64,000 nt of DNA from Desulfocapsaceae bacterium (GTDB taxonomy: Bacteria; Desulfobacterota; Desulfobulbia; Desulfobulbales; Desulfocapsaceae): positions 8,265-72,264 of the forward strand of contig CALNZA010000020.1 in NCBI GenBank assembly GCA_942490935.1, read 5' to 3'. The first letter of the stretch is position 1; each line of letters opens with the position of its first letter. The notes below the pieces were generated by a model that did no database searches, had not been told where the DNA came from, and was given only the letters and a program-made list of their open reading frames with translations. This document shows, one piece after another, positions 57,356-64,000 of the stretch. A program made the position numbers and the translations under genes.

Positions 57356-60300
57356 TGATACAGGTCAGGCCGGGTTTATTGCCCAAGTTATTTCCTGGTC
57401 TGTAAAAAATCAGTTGCTGATCGGCCTCATGGTTGTTGCTTTGCTTGTGGCTGGCATACAGGCCCTTGACAGGATGCCGCTCGATGCCATTCCTGACATG
57501 AGTGACACCCAGGTGATTATCCGAACAGATTTTGCAGGCCAGGCGCCGGAGATAGTTGAGGATCTGGTCACCTACCCCTTGTCAACCACAATGCTTGGCC
57601 TGCCCAGGAGCAAGGCTGTTCGCGGCTTCTCCATGTTCGGAACCTCTTTTGTCTATATCATATTCGAGGACGGTGTGGACCAGTACTGGGCACGGTCCCG
57701 GGTGATCGAGGCACTCTCGAAAATAGGGGCCGAACTGCCCCAGACTGCACGGCCGCAGATCGGGCCGGATGCAACCGGTGTAGGCTGGGTATACCAGTAC
57801 GCCCTGGTTGATACCACCAAGAGCTATGACCTCGCCCAACTTCGTAGCTTGCAGGACTGGTTTCTCCGCTATGAACTGGCAACGGTTGACGGGGTGGCCG
57901 AGGTGGCCTCGGTCGGCGGGTTCGTAAAAGAGTATCAGGTATTGGTTGATCCCAATCGGTTGCGTGCATTCGATGTACCCTTGATCCGTCTGCTTGAAGC
58001 TGTTCGGGGAGCCAGTATCGAGGCTGGTGGCCGTGTACTCGAAAGGGGTGAGACCGAATACATAATTCGCTCCAAGGGATATGTTGAGCAGCTTGAGGAC
58101 CTTCAGCAGATAGTTCTCTACTCAGAAAACGGTATTCCTGTACTGCTCACCGACGTGGCCAAGGTGGTTGAAGGGCCAGAGCTTCGCCGCGGTGTCACCG
58201 AGCTAAACGGTGAGGGTGAGGTGGTCGCGGGTATTGTTGTCATGCGTGCAGGTGAAAACGCGCTCAATGTAATCAGGGGAATTGAGAAGAAGATCGAGGA
58301 GATTCAAGGCGGGTTGCCAGATGGGGTTGAGATTGTGCCGGTCTACAACCGTGCCCCTCTTATAGAAGGTTCCATATCTTACCTCCAGCATAAACTGATG
58401 GAAGAGGGAATTGTGGTTGCGCTGGTGTGCCTTGTTTTTCTGCTGCACGCCCGATCGGCACTGGTGGCGATCATAACCCTACCACTGGCAATTCTTGCCG
58501 CCTTCATCGTTATGACCGCCCAAGGTATAACAGCCAATATCATGTCACTTGGAGGTATTGCCATCGCTATTGGTGCCATGGTGGATGCCTCCATCGTCAT
58601 GGTTGAAAACGCTCATAGAAAACTGTCCGGGCTCGGTGGCAGTGTCAGCCCAGCAAAGAGAAGAGAAACCATTGTCCAGGCGGCCAGGGAAGTAGGTCCC
58701 GGCCTCTTTTTCTCTCTTCTCATCATCACGGTCTCCTTTCTGCCAGTTTTTGCGTTGACCGGTCAATCCTACAAACTGTTCTCTCCACTAGCCTATACCA
58801 AAACCTACTCGATGGCCTTCGCCGCGCTCTTTTCAGTGACGGTTGTTCCTGTTCTCATGCTCTGGCTCATAAGGGGGCGCATCCGCAGGGAAGATGAGAA
58901 CTGGGTTAACCGTTTCTTTATTTTTATGTACCGCCCGCTGCTGGTCTTGGCCCTACGGTGGAAAGGGCTGACAGTTTTTTTCGCCTTCATTATGTTGTTG
59001 TCCATGGTCTACCCGGTTGCAAAGACTGGTTCCGAATTTATGCCTGCGCTCTATGAGGGCGAGCTGCTCTACATGCCGACAACCTTGCCTGGAGTCTCCA
59101 TAACCAAAGCCAAAGAGGTACTGCAGAAAACCAACATATTGATCCGCACCGTTCCTGAAGTTGAAATGGTCTTTGGTAAACTGGGTCGGGCGGAGACCGC
59201 AACGGATCCGGCACCGATATCAATGATTGAAAGTTGGATACGCTTGAAGCCAAAAGAAGAGTGGCGCGAGGGTTTGACCAAGGATGCCCTTGTAAAAGAG
59301 CTTGATGCCCGGGTCAAACTGCCGGGGCTGGTAAACTCTTGGGGATACCCGATCAAGATCCGGATGGATATGATATCTACCGGCATACGGACCCCCATAG
59401 GTATAAAAATCACAGGTGACGATCTGGAAACGATAAACCGACTTGCCTTGTCGGTTGAGTCGGCTGTGAAGGACATAGATGGTACAAGGTCAGTTTTTGC
59501 GGATAGAGTCACAGGCGGTAAATACCTGGAAATCAATCCGGACAGGCAAAAGATTGCCAGATACTCCATAGACCTGGCTACAGTCCAGTCGGTTATCGGC
59601 ACGGCACTTGGAGGCAGCAGGGTCAGCGAGGCTGTACAGGGACGTGAACGATATAATATCATTGTTAGATACGATAGGCCTTACCGTGAAGATTTCGAGG
59701 ATCTGGCAAATATCCTAGTGCCGACTCCCATGGGGCAGCATATACCTCTGGGAGAGATAGCGGATATCGAATTCGCTGAGGGGCCGCCCATGATCAAATC
59801 GGAAAATGCGCGGCTCACCGGTTGGGTGTTCGTAGATATTGGCGCCAGAGACATTGGTGGGTATGTTGCTGAAGCCAGGGATATCGTCGCTGCGGAGGTT
59901 GAGTTGCCCGCGGGGTACAACATTATATGGTCCGGCCAATTCGAGCAGATGCAGGAGGCCGAGGAGAGATTGCGTATCGCCGTGCCCGCTACAATCCTTA
60001 TCATTTTCACTCTGTTGATGCTGCATTTCGGCAGACTCGACAGGACTCTTATGATCATGCTTTCCCTGCCATTCGGGCTCATTGGGGGTGTGTGGGCAGT
60101 ACATCTTGCAGGTTACTATTTTTCCGTGGCGGTCGGGGTCGGATTTATCGCTCTGGCCGGTATTGCTGTTGAAACCGGAGTGGTTATGCTTCTTTATATC
60201 GACCAGCAGGTGGCTACGGTCAGGCCAAGCAACTCCAGTGAACTTCTCGATGCAATCATTGCCGGGGCCGCTCTCAGAGTTCGACCAAAACTCATGACCG

Positions 60301-60479
60301 TTGCCACAACGATGGTGGGTCTGATGCCGATCTTTATCACCGAGGGACTCGGTTCCGATGTAATGCGAAGGATTGCTCTGCCAATGATAGGAGGAATGGG
60401 CAGTACCACTCTTCTGACCCTGTTCATAGTTCCGGTGGTTTATTTCATCTGGGAGTCGATACGGTTGCAAAAAAAGTGA
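57345..60479 (+). CDS. cusA: CusA/SilA family Cu(I)/Ag(I) RND efflux permease
   Basis: GPDATGVGWVYQY, AIGAMVDA, LLYMP, DPAPISMIE, RMDMISTG (CusA Met triad region), RVRPKLMT. Confidence 0.93.
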   Translation: MDTDDTGQAGFIAQVISWSVKNQLLIGLMVVALLVAGIQALDRMPLDAIPDMSDTQVIIRTDFAGQAPEIVEDLVTYPLSTTMLGLPRSKAVRGFSMFGTSFVYIIFEDGVDQYWARSRVIEALSKIGAELPQTARPQIGPDATGVGWVYQYALVDTTKSYDLAQLRSLQDWFLRYELATVDGVAEVASVGGFVKEYQVLVDPNRLRAFDVPLIRLLEAVRGASIEAGGRVLERGETEYIIRSKGYVEQLEDLQQIVLYSENGIPVLLTDVAKVVEGPELRRGVTELNGEGEVVAGIVVMRAGENALNVIRGIEKKIEEIQGGLPDGVEIVPVYNRAPLIEGSISYLQHKLMEEGIVVALVCLVFLLHARSALVAIITLPLAILAAFIVMTAQGITANIMSLGGIAIAIGAMVDASIVMVENAHRKLSGLGGSVSPAKRRETIVQAAREVGPGLFFSLLIITVSFLPVFALTGQSYKLFSPLAYTKTYSMAFAALFSVTVVPVLMLWLIRGRIRREDENWVNRFFIFMYRPLLVLALRWKGLTVFFAFIMLLSMVYPVAKTGSEFMPALYEGELLYMPTTLPGVSITKAKEVLQKTNILIRTVPEVEMVFGKLGRAETATDPAPISMIESWIRLKPKEEWREGLTKDALVKELDARVKLPGLVNSWGYPIKIRMDMISTGIRTPIGIKITGDDLETINRLALSVESAVKDIDGTRSVFADRVTGGKYLEINPDRQKIARYSIDLATVQSVIGTALGGSRVSEAVQGRERYNIIVRYDRPYREDFEDLANILVPTPMGQHIPLGEIADIEFAEGPPMIKSENARLTGWVFVDIGARDIGGYVAEARDIVAAEVELPAGYNIIWSGQFEQMQEAEERLRIAVPATILIIFTLLMLHFGRLDRTLMIMLSLPFGLIGGVWAVHLAGYYFSVAVGVGFIALAGIAVETGVVMLLYIDQQVATVRPSNSSELLDAIIAGAALRVRPKLMTVATTMVGLMPIFITEGLGSDVMRRIALPMIGGMGSTTLLTLFIVPVVYFIWESIRLQKK

Positions 60480-60502
60480 GGGGTAGAGGTTCTGGCAACG
60501 TA
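60477..60502 (+). promoter_or_regulatory. ECF sigma promoter 3 (cusF)
   Basis: TGAGGG-N15-ACGTA whose TGA is the cusA stop codon. Confidence 0.75.
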
Positions 60503-60552
60503 TAATTAGCAGTACGTTCTTAACCGAAAACAAATCAATAGTGAGGACTATA

Positions 60553-60966
60553 ATGAATTCAATACGTAAGAAAACCATGGCAGCAGCATTTGCCATTACC
60601 CTTGTTTCATCGGTCTCCGTGGCTCAACAATCTTCCATGGAGACACACACCGGCATGGATCATGGCGCGATGAATCACGCCAGCACTGTCAAGGAAACCG
60701 ATGCGCATGGTTCGCATAAGACGATGGAACAGCAGAGTGGGCAGGTTATGGGTGTGGGGATTATTCACCGGATAAGCAAGCTGAACAAAATGGTCAACCT
60801 GACCCATGAGCCTATCCCTGCTCTGAACTGGCCTGAGATGACAATGGATCTGCCAGTCGCAGATTCGGTGGATCTCGGGGCACTTAAGAAAGGTGAAAAG
60901 GTTAAATTTCACCTCGAACTTGGAGCGGACAAGAAGTATGTTATAACCAACATCATGAAACCGTAA
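60553..60966 (+). CDS. cusF: CusF/SilF-type periplasmic copper-binding protein with His/Met-rich N-terminus
   Basis: HEPIPALNWPEMTM motif; MDHGAMNH region; signal peptide. Confidence 0.9.
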   Translation: MNSIRKKTMAAAFAITLVSSVSVAQQSSMETHTGMDHGAMNHASTVKETDAHGSHKTMEQQSGQVMGVGIIHRISKLNKMVNLTHEPIPALNWPEMTMDLPVADSVDLGALKKGEKVKFHLELGADKKYVITNIMKP

Positions 60967-61237
60967 CGGTACCTGACCTGCTGCAGGCCGGGACGGCAAG
61001 TCCAGCCTGCTGCAGGCAGAGAAAAACCTTCACCATCGTGGGCTCGTTGCCCTCTAGGCTACGTAGTGTTACCAAACGTCAATTGTTCAAAATGAAGAGG
61101 TTAGCAACAGCCTAGCCTCCTGAGTATACGATGACAATAGCCAAACCAAAAAGTAGTCACAAAAAGACCGCCCTTAGTTCCTGCGGAGAAGACGGCCTTT
61201 GGAATTCTGAGTTTATTCTCAAAACCTAGATAACGAA

Positions 61238-62059
61238 TTATTCTCTACGCCTACGTCCGACTCCGGCTAGACCAGCTATACCGGCTCCAAAGAGAAGCAT
61301 GGTTGTTGGTTCGGGGACCGCTGTAGAGCTCTGATGAACATCAAATGATAAAGATGCAGAAGAAAAAATAAAGTCACCGAAGGTCGAACTTATTTCATAA
61401 TCAATTATTCCGTCGGAAATCAAATCGGCTAAAGAGGTGGTATCCAACTGCCATGCGAATGAAAACAGATCTGGGTCACTTAATTTTTCCTCATAATACG
61501 ATTCATAAGAGTAATGTCTGTACACAAGTACCGTACGACTCCTTGTGTCATAGCATGGCAATAACCAAAGAAACCCACAACCAATGTCACTGGTTTTTAC
61601 TTCGTAATGTTCCGTTCTATATTTTTCTGCAGTAATACGGCTCGTTCCTCCTGTATACTGTCTCTCACTAGTGATTGGAGATGTGTTTGCATAACTCGTG
61701 GTTTGCCCAGTGGATGTTGTAATTTCTACGTTCTCGGTTTCTTCACTATAGTAATTTGTTATGTCTCTATTGCTGCCACCAGTATCTGTCCTATTGTAAA
61801 ACAAATATGGGTCATCTTCGTCACTAAAAGTAAACGTTACTGCGGCACTTGTTATGTCGTAAGGGGACGTATACAAATCTTCTGTTAATAGCCCGTTGAT
61901 GTTAAACGACTGATTGAAGTTTAGCCCTGGTGCAATATAGACGCTACTTTGATTGTATTGAGTTGTTATAATAGTTCCGTGAACGACCTGACTTGAAAGT
62001 ATAAGGGAGAAAAACATAATCAGGTAAAACGTGCTAGTAAGGTGCAATTTATTTTTCAA
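61238..62059 (-). CDS. PEP-CTERM sorting domain surface protein
   Basis: Signal peptide; C-terminal VPEPTTMLLFGAGIAGLAGVGRRRRE. Confidence 0.92.
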   Translation of the reverse strand: MKNKLHLTSTFYLIMFFSLILSSQVVHGTIITTQYNQSSVYIAPGLNFNQSFNINGLLTEDLYTSPYDITSAAVTFTFSDEDDPYLFYNRTDTGGSNRDITNYYSEETENVEITTSTGQTTSYANTSPITSERQYTGGTSRITAEKYRTEHYEVKTSDIGCGFLWLLPCYDTRSRTVLVYRHYSYESYYEEKLSDPDLFSFAWQLDTTSLADLISDGIIDYEISSTFGDFIFSSASLSFDVHQSSTAVPEPTTMLLFGAGIAGLAGVGRRRRE

Positions 62060-62198
62060 TTTTGAACCCCCACATACATAAACTTTGCCATGATGCTCTC
62101 CTTGATGTTGTAGTTACAGAAAATTTTGTAGTGTAGTGATGGCAACTCTGAAACTTTTTTAGAATAATAATGAAATATCATGAATCTTCACCGGCGAC

Positions 62199-62218
62199 AA
62201 CTACCCAGGTGGTTAGTT
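62199..62218. promoter_or_regulatory. lux-box-like 20-bp palindrome upstream of the PEP-CTERM gene
   Basis: AACTACCCAGGTGGTTAGTT, 16/20 self-complementary, CT-N12-AG pattern. Confidence 0.55.
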
Positions 62219-62325
62219 TTATGTTTTTATCTAATGAATACTAACAAAAAAACATAGCAGCGATGATAAAGGGGAAGTAATACCGGACAAAAGACCAAGC
62301 TGCAGGGGTTAGCAAGCTGTTCTAT

Positions 62326-62670
62326 TCAAGGACCAAGATAGCGGGCAGCTAGCAGGACAGCAATCGCTTCTTGTCGCCTTGCTACGTGAAGTTTTCGGAA
62401 AATGTTTTTTATATGAAATTTAACTGTATGTGTTGTGATATCTATGATTACTGCAATCTCACTGTTTGTTTTCCCTTTTAACAACCACATAGAAATCACT
62501 TTTTCTTTTCCAGAAAGTGTAGAAATGTTATCCTGAATAGTCAAGCGCTTACGCGCTTGCATCAGGTGCGGGGCAAGAAGTTCACACATTTTTTTCGTTT
62601 TTGATGTCACTAAACTTTGGCTATCAGCAAAAGAGAATAAAAAAGTGAAGTCTTTACTCCTTCTTTGCTG
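62326..62670 (-). pseudogene. 5'-truncated LuxR family regulator
   Basis: LuxR HTH (LSGKEK...GKTNSEIA...TVKFHIKNIFRKL) preceded in frame by FLFSFA...ELLAPHL, then an in-frame TAA at 62671-62673. Confidence 0.65.
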
Positions 62671-62959
62671 TTAAGTTTCCGGGTCGATCTGTTTCTTTAG
62701 TCATAGGAAGCACTTTTAGTTTAGTACTGAATTAAATTTTCATACCTTCAACGTGGCAATTTTAATGGTGGAATTTACTACATACTCAACGGTTTCGTTG
62801 GAGGATAACAATCGTTTCTTTTATGCTCGCCACATCAGACTTTTTACTTTTATTACAACGAGTCTATCGGTGCTTTGCTCGATGTTTTTTGTTATATCAG
62901 TCACAGCTGTTCTGGCATAAGCAGAGAGTCCGGTTCTTGGAAGGTAGGAACTGCCAAGC

Positions 62960-63706
62960 ATGTATCAAAACGAATCAGGAGATAATGGAACAACAATGGC
63001 GCGAATATTTGACAAAAGGAAGGATCCCCTGGGAAAGATGCTGCTGGAGTATCACAGGGGAGATTCGAACGCGTTCTTAACAGCCTGGTCCGACACGCAG
63101 GAGATGTCTTCCATGCGCGGTGATTTCATGTTTCGTCACTTTTTAGAAATGGAAGAGCTTGATAAGCTGGCACTCGCTGAATGTAGGGGGCCAGTTCTAG
63201 ACGTTGGAGGAGGCAGCGGTTGTCACAGTCTTGCCTTGCAGATATTGGGGCTTGAGGTTGACGCTATCGATATTTCTCCGGGATGCGTTGCTGTCATGGA
63301 GGAGCGGGGGGTAAAGAATGTTCGTCATCTGGATTTACACGAGCTGGAAACCGGCTCCTACAATACCGTCCTGATGCTTATGAACGGGGCTGGGGTGTGC
63401 GGCACCCTTGATGGTTTGAGTCTCTTTTTAGAGCACGCAGGTGATCTGCTTGCACCGGGAGGACAAGTCCTCGTTGATTCAACGGATCTTACAGCAGACT
63501 GCGGGAAGGCCCCTAAAGATGATGAACGATACCCAGGAGAAACAGAGTTCGTGATGATTTATAAGGGCATGCGGTCCGATCCATTCAGCTGGCTCTATAT
63601 TGATTTTGATCTGCTCAAAAGTGTCAGCTCATTGCACGGATGGCAGTGCTATAAGCTGTTAGACGCTGAGGAAGATAGGTTTCTCGCGAGGCTTACAAAA
63701 GACTGA
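62960..63706 (+). CDS. Class I SAM-dependent methyltransferase
   Basis: DPLG, VLDVGGGSGCHSL, LMNGAG, FSWLYID; start may be 62996. Confidence 0.85.
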   Translation: MYQNESGDNGTTMARIFDKRKDPLGKMLLEYHRGDSNAFLTAWSDTQEMSSMRGDFMFRHFLEMEELDKLALAECRGPVLDVGGGSGCHSLALQILGLEVDAIDISPGCVAVMEERGVKNVRHLDLHELETGSYNTVLMLMNGAGVCGTLDGLSLFLEHAGDLLAPGGQVLVDSTDLTADCGKAPKDDERYPGETEFVMIYKGMRSDPFSWLYIDFDLLKSVSSLHGWQCYKLLDAEEDRFLARLTKD

Positions 63707-63949
63707 TCGCAGCCTGTTCACGTTTTTGGAGATTTCAACTGGCTGTGCTGGGTTTTGAAGTTCACTCCTGAGTGAAAATGTTGGGTGATATGGTGGATTT
63801 GGCAGACAGTCTGAAACTGCACGGAAATGGAGCGACTGCAAACAAGAGATATCCAAAGAGTCTTTCAATCCAATCAAGCTGGCTGTTATCTCGATGGTGT
63901 ATACTTGAATGGTAGCATTTTCCCATTAACCAATTCTAGGAGGTGCACC

Positions 63950-64000
63950 ATGCAAGTTACTCAAGCGGTCGATTTCCATCTTCAGTACCACAGAGCGAAC
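63950..64000 (+). CDS. 5' end of a probable tyrosine recombinase/integrase (runs off window)
   Basis: GGAGG RBS then MQVTQAVDFHLQYHRAN, resembling N-termini of Desulfobacterota site-specific integrases; only 17 codons visible. Confidence 0.5.
   Translation, partial: MQVTQAVDFHLQYHRAN

Noticed and set aside
59069-60596. Long antisense ORFs over cusA (similar ones over fusA, srkA and HDOD)
   Set aside because: Shadow or alternate frames of well-supported genes with no motifs of their own
62076-62091. Sigma54-like TGGCAAAGTTTATGTA before the PEP-CTERM gene
   Set aside because: The -12 element is GT rather than GC and it lies too close to the start codon
1-64000. CRISPR arrays, tRNA, rRNA, recognisable riboswitch aptamers, known anti-phage systems
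   Set aside because: None seen by eye; an Rfam or DefenseFinder scan would be needed to exclude divergent cases

Overview
64 kb of bacterial chromosome. Gene content (stand-alone EF-G with a small ATPase neighbour, HDOD protein, sigma54 promoters, PEP-CTERM protein) suggests a Desulfobacterota (Desulfobulbales-like) organism; this is inference. Positions 1-3.7 kb hold co-oriented genes separated by decayed attC-like sites. The middle is mostly housekeeping and stress genes (srkA, rtcB, pdxH, pyk, arfB, aqpZ, deaD, hisA, fusA, two hybrid kinases, a molybdoenzyme). From about 52 kb there is an accessory region with a CnrYXH-like anti-sigma/sensor/ECF-sigma module, a CusCBA-CusF-type efflux operon, a PEP-CTERM gene, a decayed LuxR gene and the start of a probable tyrosine recombinase. 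Best leads: (1) a Cnr-type ECF switch apparently rewired to a copper/silver pump, with three identically spaced TGAGGG-N15-ACGTA promoter motifs; (2) a TrcP-like C-to-pseudouridine tRNA editor split into two overlapping genes; (3) a terminator in the fusA leader and a highly structured deaD leader. No rRNA, tRNA or CRISPR array was seen. All family calls come from reading motifs by eye, not from database searches.
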